Positions 50,316 through 60,918 of a stretch of 64,000 nucleotides of DNA are shown here, piece by piece (the stretch's first letter is position 1; every line of letters starts with the position of its first letter). A model generated the notes under the pieces. The model did not search any database and had not been told where the DNA came from. It was given only the letters and a program-made list of their open reading frames with translations. The position numbers were made by a program, and so were the translations under genes. Source of the stretch: Candidatus Peregrinibacteria bacterium CG1_02_54_53 (GTDB lineage: Bacteria > Patescibacteriota > Gracilibacteria > Peribacterales > Peribacteraceae); NCBI GenBank assembly GCA_001872575.1, contig MNWP01000006.1, positions 10,679 to 74,678 of the forward strand, given 5' to 3'.

Positions 50316-52793
50316 TTATCTCTTTCGTCCGTTCTTTTGCAGGGGAATGACATGCCCATCGAGCAGCTCTACAGAGCCACCGCCTACGCCCAATGCCCAT
50401 GGCGCTCCAGCCTGTGCGGGCATGCGCTTTTTCTCCTTGTTCTCAAAAAGCAGAGGATCACCACTTACAGTTGGGGGTGCGGCTAACGAGACATGCGCAA
50501 GAGGCTTGGAATCGCCGTTTCCTGCAATCTGTGCATCAATCGCCATGCCCCCCGGAACTACTCGAACCGTCACGAGACACATGTATTCCCGGCCATCTTC
50601 AGTGATAACAGGCTGTTGATGATCGCCGAATGCTGCGGTATCGCGCCTCTGACTACTGAAGAATGACGTCCCTTCCAGATCAAAACCTGATCGGTACGCG
50701 CCAGCTGCTTTCTTGTCCATGTTTCCATCCCAATAGAGACTAATGCTCCTGCCATTGGGAAGGGGAACCGCGAACGCGGTCACGCCTTGCATGCCATCTG
50801 GCCAGCGACCATTTGCAGTGCGTTTGAAAACGAAACGAAATGCATACTGCCCGCTTTGAATAACCTTTTGGCTTTCAGCAGACAACGGAAGATTGATGGC
50901 GGCAACCCAGGCGTGAGTTCCGGAACTTCCTTGCAGGAGTTTTAATTGTCCTTCTTTATTTTTTACCTGCCATCGTTCGCGCGCAACAAATCCTTTCTTG
51001 ATGAGAGCTTCGAGATCTTCGCCTAACAGATCCACGGCTCCAGGAGGCAGTATATTCGGCACATCAACGCGAACGTCAGGTGGTTCTGTCTGTGCAACTT
51101 CAACCGGTGGACGCATCGGTGCACCTCTGAAGAAGCCCAGATCACCGGAATGCTCATGCAGGAGCCTACGTTTCATGTCTTTGACGCGTGCCGTGAGGAT
51201 CGCAGAATCCGATTTCGGCTCTGCAAGCTCCAGACAGTGTACTGCCATGGCTACTGCTCCAGGACCTGCCATATCGGCAGAGACGAGGTCTTGTGCGAGC
51301 TGATAGAGATCAGTTGCCGGAAGGGTGTCACTCTGGTCAACACGTGCCGCCAGATTGCCGAGTACAGAGCCTTTTTGGGTTTGTAATGCAGTAGAGAACG
51401 ACCAGTCTCCCTGTTCAAGACAGCGATACGCACCCACTGCCCCATTTGCCTCAGGATCGTCGGGATTTGAGGCCAATGTCTGTCGGTGAGCGGCGATTCC
51501 CTGCGATGCGAATGTTTTTTCAAGCTGGGTCACCAAGCGGAGCATGTCAGCGCATTCCTCCGTATCGGCTGAGGGGCTCCTTCTCAGAGAAGCCAGGAAT
51601 CGCTTCGCTCCATCGAAATCATCCTGCGCACACAGACTGCGGGCCACTCCGGAGGCATGTGTCATAACCTGTTCAATGTTTCCACCCTTCTGTTTGGCGG
51701 CCTCCTGCACGGCAGCAATGGCCTGCCCAATCATCGAATCATCAACATCAAACAGGCGCTGCATTTCTGCAAGCACGGTCATGACGGTGCCGAGGTTGTT
51801 TTCGCCACGCGCTTTTTCAAGAGCGACCTGGAGCAAAACCCACTGTTCCACGGGTTTCTCAGTTCGCTGTATCTGTTCCAGTAACTGCTCCACGCTCTGC
51901 TTACGCAATGTGGGGCTCCGGAACAGGTCGTTGTAGGGAGCCAGTTCTTCGTCAGTGGGCTGCGCCCGGCGCTTGGGAGGCGAAGGCTCGATGGGGGCGG
52001 CCTCCTTCGATTCGGGAGTAACGGGGGTAACATCAGCAGGCTCCGGCCTTATTTGCGGCTCAGCAGGTGATTCGGGTTGGAAGAGAGGAGGAAGTGTCGG
52101 TTCCTCCTGCTGAGGGATGACCTGCGGTTCCGGCTCAACAATGTCGACAGGTTCTGCGGGGACTGCAGGTTCTTTAGTCACCGGTTGTGGCTGCGTGAGT
52201 TCCGGTGTGTTCGGTGGCAACATTCTCTCAGCAGATACTGTCGGTTGCTTGTCGGGAATCGATGATTTATTCGCCAGAACTCCGCCGACTGTAGCGGCGA
52301 TACCCGCAGCCGCAGCGGTTATCCACGGGTGGCGCTTGATTCTTTCGGCTATGCCTGCGAGCGGCTTCGTCGGGCGACGGACGACAGCTGGGGTCAATTC
52401 GGCGATCGTATCGTGGGTCGCTGATGTTTCGCTGTTTACATTCTTTCCGTTGCCATTTCCGTTACCCAGGCGACTGAGTTTTTCGTCGTACTTCCCTCGT
52501 TTTTCTGTCGTCAAAAGAACTTCTGCTGCGGCGTTCACTTCATCGAGAATATGACCTGCTAAATGCGCATGTTTGGGATCTTCTTTCTGCTCCCTCGCAA
52601 GAAGATCTCTGCGCGCGTGAACCGCCATAGCAATGGTGCTCTCATCGGCACCATTTGTAATTCCAAGCAGCTCATAGTATGAGCAAGGTCTGTGATCCTT
52701 TGGAATATTGAGCCATTCAGAATACGGATCAAAGCCATTCCCGTGCTCGTGGCGTCCGTGTGCCCCGTCTGTCGGATGATCAGTGGTGGCCAT
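50316..52793 (-). CDS. Membrane protein with N-terminal J-domain-like region, Pro-rich linker and helical/beta extracellular part
   Basis: FDPYSEWLNIP..YYELLGI..EVNAAAEVL..RGKYD; TM; PE/PQ-rich linker. Confidence 0.75.
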   Translation of the reverse strand: MATTDHPTDGAHGRHEHGNGFDPYSEWLNIPKDHRPCSYYELLGITNGADESTIAMAVHARRDLLAREQKEDPKHAHLAGHILDEVNAAAEVLLTTEKRGKYDEKLSRLGNGNGNGKNVNSETSATHDTIAELTPAVVRRPTKPLAGIAERIKRHPWITAAAAGIAATVGGVLANKSSIPDKQPTVSAERMLPPNTPELTQPQPVTKEPAVPAEPVDIVEPEPQVIPQQEEPTLPPLFQPESPAEPQIRPEPADVTPVTPESKEAAPIEPSPPKRRAQPTDEELAPYNDLFRSPTLRKQSVEQLLEQIQRTEKPVEQWVLLQVALEKARGENNLGTVMTVLAEMQRLFDVDDSMIGQAIAAVQEAAKQKGGNIEQVMTHASGVARSLCAQDDFDGAKRFLASLRRSPSADTEECADMLRLVTQLEKTFASQGIAAHRQTLASNPDDPEANGAVGAYRCLEQGDWSFSTALQTQKGSVLGNLAARVDQSDTLPATDLYQLAQDLVSADMAGPGAVAMAVHCLELAEPKSDSAILTARVKDMKRRLLHEHSGDLGFFRGAPMRPPVEVAQTEPPDVRVDVPNILPPGAVDLLGEDLEALIKKGFVARERWQVKNKEGQLKLLQGSSGTHAWVAAINLPLSAESQKVIQSGQYAFRFVFKRTANGRWPDGMQGVTAFAVPLPNGRSISLYWDGNMDKKAAGAYRSGFDLEGTSFFSSQRRDTAAFGDHQQPVITEDGREYMCLVTVRVVPGGMAIDAQIAGNGDSKPLAHVSLAAPPTVSGDPLLFENKEKKRMPAQAGAPWALGVGGGSVELLDGHVIPLQKNGRKR

Positions 52794-52853
52794 CGGGTAC
52801 AGTCTCCCGCAGAACAGATGAATTGTCAAGTTATCTTCACATAGCCAATGCTA

Positions 52854-55170
<2,317 letters not shown>

Positions 55171-55245
55171 TGTCAATTGCATTCCATTTCGGAAGAGTGA
55201 AGATGCCGCCGACAGTTCATCCACCTTCCTTTTCGCCCCTCTTTT

Positions 55246-55482
55246 ATGATGATGACCGATGACATTCTGGCAACGCTTGAAAAGATCGACCAACAGATCG
55301 TTCGCCTTATTGCAGACCGTCGCGATCTCGTGGCACAGGTGCCGGGGGGCCTGAGTGCGGATCAGGAGGTGGAAGCCATGAGCTTGTGGATAGACGAGGC
55401 CGTAGAGCGTGAGCTGCCCGAGGACCCCATGGAGAAGATGGGCAAGCTGTTGAGCCAGGTGTGCCGGAAGAGAGGGGAGTAG
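55246..55482 (+). CDS. Small chorismate mutase type II-like protein
   Basis: LEKIDQQIVRLIADRRDL pattern; 78 aa; catalytic residues look incomplete. Confidence 0.6.
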   Translation: MMMTDDILATLEKIDQQIVRLIADRRDLVAQVPGGLSADQEVEAMSLWIDEAVERELPEDPMEKMGKLLSQVCRKRGE

Positions 55483-55560
55483 ATGGGGAACTTAGGCTTC
55501 GTTGCAAAATACGTTATAAAGATGTATAATTGCACTTACACATACAAACTTCCCCACCGT

Positions 55561-56319
55561 ATGCCGAAGCTCTCGATTATCCTTCCGTGCTACAACGAAG
55601 AACAGGTGATCGCCATGACGGTGCAGCGCGTCATGCAGTGGCTGGGAACAGGCCGCCATGATGCGGAAGTGATTGCGGTGGATAATGCCTCCACAGACAA
55701 CACCCCGTCCGTTCTGCGTGAGCTCTGCCAGAGATATCCGATTCTTCGCGTCGTCACGCGTGAGCTCAACGGGGGCTATGGTTCATCCGTACGTTCCGGA
55801 TGTGATGCCGCACAGGGAGAGATCATTGCCTGGATGGATGCGGACGGCCAATTCGATGTGCAGGATTTTGATACCCTCCTCCCCCATCTCGCCTCCGTTG
55901 ATTTCGTCTCGGGCATCCGCGCGAAGCGTTCTGATTCCTGGATGCGCCTGCTGCTCGGCCGCATGTGGGACGGTGTCATCCGCATCTGTTTCGGCATCCG
56001 CGCACGCGATATTGATTGCGGCATGAAGGCGTTTCGGCATGATGTCTGGCCGCTCATCCGCCCGACCATCACGGTCGGCGACGCGTTCAATTCAGAGTTG
56101 TTCTTCCGTTTGCAGCGGTGCGGTCTTACATGGCAGCAAAAGCCGGTCCGGCACTTGCCTCGTCTGACCGGAAAGTCAGGGAGTGTGCGACTTCCAGATA
56201 TTCTGAAGGCAGTCATCGACACAGTCAGACTGTTCTTTGCGGCACGGTTCGGCAGTCTCCGATGCCCTCCGCCACACCATCGTCCAGATCTTGCCGTCGT
56301 TCCCCCTATGCATACATGA
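55561..56319 (+). CDS. GT2 glycosyltransferase (paralog of 20417-21109)
   Basis: SIILPCYNEE, GYGSSVRSGCDAA, MDADGQF, DIDCGMK. Confidence 0.92.
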   Translation: MPKLSIILPCYNEEQVIAMTVQRVMQWLGTGRHDAEVIAVDNASTDNTPSVLRELCQRYPILRVVTRELNGGYGSSVRSGCDAAQGEIIAWMDADGQFDVQDFDTLLPHLASVDFVSGIRAKRSDSWMRLLLGRMWDGVIRICFGIRARDIDCGMKAFRHDVWPLIRPTITVGDAFNSELFFRLQRCGLTWQQKPVRHLPRLTGKSGSVRLPDILKAVIDTVRLFFAARFGSLRCPPPHHRPDLAVVPPMHT

Positions 56320-57143
56320 AAATTATTCTTCTCTGCGGCGGCAAAGGTACGCGACTTCATGAGGAGACGGAGTTCAGACCGAAACCGATGGTAACCATTG
56401 GCGGACGGCCCATTCTGTGGCACATCATGAAAACATTTGACTATTACGGTTTCTCCGATTTCATCTGTTGTCTTGGGTATCGTGGTGAGGTCATTAAAGA
56501 TTACTTTCTCAACTACGAATCAATGCACAGAGATTTGACCGTCTCACTCGACCGACAGAAGCCAGTTATCTATCACGGAGAGCCAAATGAACGACATTTT
56601 CAGGTAACCCTCGCGGAGACGGGATCGGAGAATAATTCGGGTTCCCGTGTGAAACAGACCCGAAAGTACGTCGATGGCGATGGCGATGATATTTTCATGG
56701 TGACGTATGGCGATGGAGTGGCCGATATCGACATTCCCAAGCTTCTCGCCTTTCATCGTTCCCACGGAAAGCTGGCCACGGTCACGACGGTGAATCCTGC
56801 CTCGCGTTTCGCGCTCATCCAGTTCGACGAGAGCGGCAAGGTGGTGACGTACAAAGAGAAGCCGAAAATGCACAGCTGGATCAGCGTGGGCTACTTCGTC
56901 TTCGACAAGCGCGTGTTCGACTATCTGAGCGAGGCGCCCGAAAGCATGCTCGAAAAGGAGCCGCTCGAGCGGCTCGCGCGGGAGGGGCAGCTGATGGCGT
57001 ACAAACATGACGGATTCTTCTATGCCATGGATACGTTCCGCGACTTCACTTTCCTCAATGACCTCTGGAACCAGAGCAAGGCCCCGTGGGCGGTCTGGGA
57101 CCAGGAGCGTCATGGTTCCTCCACGCTCGATGTCAGCCTCTGA
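56316..57143 (+). CDS. rfbF: Glucose-1-phosphate cytidylyltransferase
   Basis: [35 protein letters not shown]. Confidence 0.93.
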   Translation: MKIILLCGGKGTRLHEETEFRPKPMVTIGGRPILWHIMKTFDYYGFSDFICCLGYRGEVIKDYFLNYESMHRDLTVSLDRQKPVIYHGEPNERHFQVTLAETGSENNSGSRVKQTRKYVDGDGDDIFMVTYGDGVADIDIPKLLAFHRSHGKLATVTTVNPASRFALIQFDESGKVVTYKEKPKMHSWISVGYFVFDKRVFDYLSEAPESMLEKEPLERLAREGQLMAYKHDGFFYAMDTFRDFTFLNDLWNQSKAPWAVWDQERHGSSTLDVSL

Positions 57144-58131
57144 CCGATCCGCCTTCTGGCGCGACCGTCCCGTCCTCGTGACGGGAGGGACCGGCTTTGT
57201 GGGTTCCTGGCTTGTGGCACGGCTTCTGGAGCTTGGGGCGAACGTGGTCTGTCTGGTGCGCGATTGGGTGCCCGAGTCGGAATTGATCCGCTCCGGATCC
57301 ATCAGACGCGCGACACTGGTCCGCGGCGATCTGTGCGATGCATCACTGCTCGAGCGCACACTGGCGGAGTATCAGATCGATACGGTTTTCCACCTCGCCG
57401 CACAGGCGATCGTGGGCGTGGCGAACAAGAGTCCGGTGCCGACCTTCCACGCCAATATCGAGGGCACGTGGTTGCTGCTGGAGGCCTGCCGGCGCACGGA
57501 GGTGAAGTCCATTGTCATTGCGTCTTCGGACAAGGCCTACGGCGAGCACGACGTTTTGCCCTACACCGAGTCGATGGCCCTGCAGGGGCGGCACCCGTAC
57601 GACGTCAGCAAATCGTGTGCGGATCTGATCGCGCAGAGCTATGCCGTGTCTTTCGCCCTCCCCGTCGCCATCACGCGGTGTGCCAACTACTTCGGGGGCG
57701 GGGACCTGAACTGGAACCGCGTCGTGCCGGGCACGCTTCGATCCCTTCTGCACAATGAGCGTCCCAGTCTTCGCTCTGACGGCACGTTCGTGCGCGATTA
57801 CCTGTACGTGGAAGACGGCGTCGAGGCGTATCTGCTTACGGCGGAGAAACTCTCCGTTTCACCCGACCTCAAAGGACAAGCCTTCAACTTCTCGTACGAA
57901 ATGCCGCTCTCGGTACTGGATATCGTCCGGAAGATCATTGCCCTGATCGGATCTGACCTGAAGCCGGATATCCGCAACGAGGCCTCGAATGAAATTCCCC
58001 GGCAGTATCTGGATTCATCCAAGGCGCAGAAAGTATTGGGCTGGGCATCGCGCTTTGGATTCGACGAAGCGATGCAACGAACCATTCAGTGGTACCGGGA
58101 GTACTTCTCACGAAATACTTCTTCGCATTAA
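57130..58131 (+). CDS. CDP-glucose 4,6-dehydratase-like NAD-dependent enzyme
   Basis: [39 protein letters not shown]. Confidence 0.88.
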   Translation: MSASDRSAFWRDRPVLVTGGTGFVGSWLVARLLELGANVVCLVRDWVPESELIRSGSIRRATLVRGDLCDASLLERTLAEYQIDTVFHLAAQAIVGVANKSPVPTFHANIEGTWLLLEACRRTEVKSIVIASSDKAYGEHDVLPYTESMALQGRHPYDVSKSCADLIAQSYAVSFALPVAITRCANYFGGGDLNWNRVVPGTLRSLLHNERPSLRSDGTFVRDYLYVEDGVEAYLLTAEKLSVSPDLKGQAFNFSYEMPLSVLDIVRKIIALIGSDLKPDIRNEASNEIPRQYLDSSKAQKVLGWASRFGFDEAMQRTIQWYREYFSRNTSSH

Positions 58132-58135
58132 GCAC

Positions 58136-59155
58136 ATGAAACTCACTCCACAAGTCGTCTTTGCACAGGCACGCGAACGCAACGCATCCGATGTGCACGT
58201 GACGGCGGGGTATCCCATCTTTATCCGCGTCGACGGCGAGCTCGTGCCCTTAAGCGACGAGAAGATGATGCCCGAGGCTACGGAGGCGTTCGTGCGTGCG
58301 GTGCTGGGGCCCGAGGTGTGGAAGCGTTTCGAGCACGACCGCGAGATCGACCTGTCGTTCGCCGCGGAAGGTGACGGTCGGCTGCGCGTGAACTGCCACT
58401 TCGAACGGGGGCAGCCGGGCCTCGTCGCCCGCCTCATTCCCACGCAGGTTCCCTCACTCAACGCAGTCGGCCTGCAGGGGATTGCAGAACCGCTCTGTGC
58501 GCTCTTAGAAGGGCTGATCCTGCTCACGGGTCCCACGGGCTCGGGCAAATCGACCTCGCTTGCCGCCATGATCCAGCACATCAATACGGAGCGCGCGGCG
58601 AGCATCGTCACGCTCGAAGATCCCATCGAGTTTCTCTTCCCCGAAGGCAGGAGCGTCATCCGCCAGCGCGAGCTGGGTTCCGATTTCACCACCTTTCCCG
58701 AGGCGCTGCGGCATGTGCTGCGGCAGGACCCCAACGTGATCATGGTGGGCGAAATGCGCGACCTTAAGACCGTTGCATCGGTGCTCACGCTCGCTGAGAC
58801 GGGGCACCTCATCCTCGCGACTCTCCACACGCCCAATACCGTGCAGACCATCGACCGCATCGTGGATGTCTTCCCCCCGCACCAGCAATCACAGGTGAGG
58901 TCGCAGCTCTCGCTCTCGCTCAGGGCCGTGATCGCGCAGAAGCTGGTTCCGTCTTCGAAGGGAGGGCGCGTAGCGGTACGCGAGATCCTCATGAATACGC
59001 CGGCCGTGGCCAATATCATCCGCGATCACCGGCTGCAGGAGCTGCCTTCCGTGCTTCAGACGGGCGGTGAGCAGGGGATGCGGATGTTCGAAAAAGATGC
59101 GGAGCGTCTGGTGAAAGAGGGGATCATCACGAAAGAAGTGGCGAAGGGGATGTAG
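58136..59155 (+). CDS. pilT: Type IV pilus retraction ATPase PilT
   Basis: ASDVH, TGPTGSGKSTS, EDPIE, LRQDP, GEMRD, TGHL, TLHT. Confidence 0.93.
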   Translation: MKLTPQVVFAQARERNASDVHVTAGYPIFIRVDGELVPLSDEKMMPEATEAFVRAVLGPEVWKRFEHDREIDLSFAAEGDGRLRVNCHFERGQPGLVARLIPTQVPSLNAVGLQGIAEPLCALLEGLILLTGPTGSGKSTSLAAMIQHINTERAASIVTLEDPIEFLFPEGRSVIRQRELGSDFTTFPEALRHVLRQDPNVIMVGEMRDLKTVASVLTLAETGHLILATLHTPNTVQTIDRIVDVFPPHQQSQVRSQLSLSLRAVIAQKLVPSSKGGRVAVREILMNTPAVANIIRDHRLQELPSVLQTGGEQGMRMFEKDAERLVKEGIITKEVAKGM

Positions 59156-59258
59156 GGGAAGGTGAGGAAAGTAAGGAAGGTAAGGAAAGGCAGGAAAGTA
59201 AGGAAGGGAAGGAAGGGCAGAAAAGAAAGGAGAATGAAGAAAGCAAGGATAAGGAAAA
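59156..59258 (+). repeat. Purine-rich 9-nt-period repeat (GTAAGGAAR); 30-bp copy at 60161-60190
   Basis: gtaaggaaaggcaggaaagtaaggaaggga is identical at 59180 and 60161. Confidence 0.85.
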
Positions 59259-59262
59259 CACT

Positions 59263-59643
59263 TCATTTCTTTCCATGAGACTCCCATCCGGGTGGTGGTG
59301 GCCTATCTCGCCAGCCCGGAGGTCCCTCTTTGGTACCGATCATGATCGGTGGGGATCCGGTGCACTCGCGCATCTCCATGCCGTCGCGGCTGCAGTTGAT
59401 GATCCTGAAGTTCTCGAAGCGGCAGCGGACGAAATCAACATCGTCCATGTAGATATTCTCGAACGTCGTGTTGCGGAAGGTGCAATCCTCGAAGAGGGAG
59501 CCAGTCATACTTCCGCCGGTAACATGGGCTTCGATAAATTCCCTGTTTTTCCATGGATAATCCAGACTGTATCCCTTTTCGGAAAGTATGAATTCTCCAC
59601 TGAAATGTTGCCGACTCAAGACTGCATCCAGATTTTCCATCAT
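59263..59643 (-). CDS. Pentapeptide-repeat protein
   Basis: GSLFE DCTFR NTTFE NIYMD DVDFV RCRFE. Confidence 0.8.
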   Translation of the reverse strand: MMENLDAVLSRQHFSGEFILSEKGYSLDYPWKNREFIEAHVTGGSMTGSLFEDCTFRNTTFENIYMDDVDFVRCRFENFRIINCSRDGMEMRECTGSPPIMIGTKEGPPGWRDRPPPPGWESHGKK

Positions 59644-59750
59644 TGACAATGGTACAGAGAGAGAGCTAGTCCGCAAAGCTCAAGTTGCAAGGCTTGAGGA
59701 TTCGAGAGCTGTTCTTTGAAAAGAATCCGAGGAGAAAGGAGGTGATATTC

Positions 59751-59966
59751 ATGGCTGATGCTATTAAGCGCAACAATGGTGAGTGGCTGATTCCACTCCC
59801 CGGTGCGACGAATACTCATCTTAACCACTACCATGTGGCCGCAGATGGGACGATTCTGTCGATCGTGGAGAACGGAGTCCATCAGTACAATCGCCAGGAA
59901 ATTCGCGACAATATCAGCACAGCGACAGGAATGACTTTCCCGCCACATGACTTCCGTAGGGAGTAG
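59751..59966 (+). CDS. Small hypothetical protein (71 aa)
   Basis: Perfect SD aaggaggtga, upstream TTGACA and a downstream terminator. Confidence 0.7.
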   Translation: MADAIKRNNGEWLIPLPGATNTHLNHYHVAADGTILSIVENGVHQYNRQEIRDNISTATGMTFPPHDFRRE

Positions 59967-60018
59967 CCTTGCCGCTCTGACTTGAGATGAGCAGCATCTC
60001 ATCAGCTGAATAGCTCTC

Positions 60019-60050
60019 TAGGCCCGCCTCCTCGGTGCGGGTCTATTTTT
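60019..60050 (+). terminator. Intrinsic terminator
   Basis: taggcccgc-loop-gcgggtcta followed by ttttt. Confidence 0.7.
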
Positions 60051-60201
60051 GTGCAATGGAGTTATTGGTTTTATAAGGGCGTGATCATCAAAGAGGCCTG
60101 CCCGGCGTAGCTCCGCAGTTGTAGAGAGGAGTCGGGTGGCGAAGGAGATGTAAAAGATAAGTAAGGAAAGGCAGGAAAGTAAGGAAGGGACATTACCAAT
60201 T

Positions 60202-60410
60202 TGTCATGCTGAGGAATCCCGCGTAGCGGGATGTCTCGAAGCATGAGTACAAGACGATTAGCTCTTTCTTAGAAGTAACCACCCGCTTGTCACACTGAGG
60301 AGCCCGCAGGGCGTCTCGAAGTGCGACCGAGAGTTCCTCGGAGCCACTGCCCGTTGACGGTGTCGCCCTTCGAGACGTCGTCCCCCGGGACTCCTCCTCA
60401 GGGTGACACC
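60202..60410. repeat. Three REP-like GTCA..CTGAGG-hairpin-GTCTCGAAG units
   Basis: Units at 60202-60246 and 60288-60327, plus an inverted unit at 60359-60410. Confidence 0.85.
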
Positions 60411-60715
60411 TTTATCTGTTTCTTGAAGGCAGTTCTTCTTCGGGAGAGCTCCGGAAGTTGTTCATATTCTCGTCTGATCAACGCCTCTTTCTTCTTTCTG
60501 CTCCATCTCTTGACTTTCTTTTCCCAGCTGATCGCCTCGTTGATATCCTGAAAATCAGCAAGGTAGACCAGTTTTACGGGTCTTCGGCTATGTGTGTAAC
60601 TCGAAGGGTCCAGACCATCACCGTGTTCCGTGAGTCTTCGCTCATCATCATTCGTTACGCCGGTGTAGTAGCTCCCATCTGAGCAACGAAGAATATAAAC
60701 GAAGTATTCATACAT
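60398..60715 (-). CDS. Stand-alone GIY-YIG nuclease
   Basis: FVYILRCSDGSYYTGVTND..RRLTEH, RRPVKLVY, AISWEKKVKRWSRKKKEALI. Confidence 0.95.
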   Translation of the reverse strand: MYEYFVYILRCSDGSYYTGVTNDDERRLTEHGDGLDPSSYTHSRRPVKLVYLADFQDINEAISWEKKVKRWSRKKKEALIRREYEQLPELSRRRTAFKKQIKVSP

Positions 60716-60918
60716 GGTTCCATTTTCCTGCGATATCTTTGAGTGTCTTTGTTCGTCTGCGAAGACATTTCTTTCGGATACGTATCTTTGGCTTCACAAA
60801 GCCAAAATCAGACGTTCCATACCATCGCAGAACGCCCGCGTTTTCTCATGTCTCCCGCTGGATGAAATGCGCAAGGAGCTTTACATAGCCAAAAAGTCGG
60901 GTAGAGTGCAGGTTTGGA

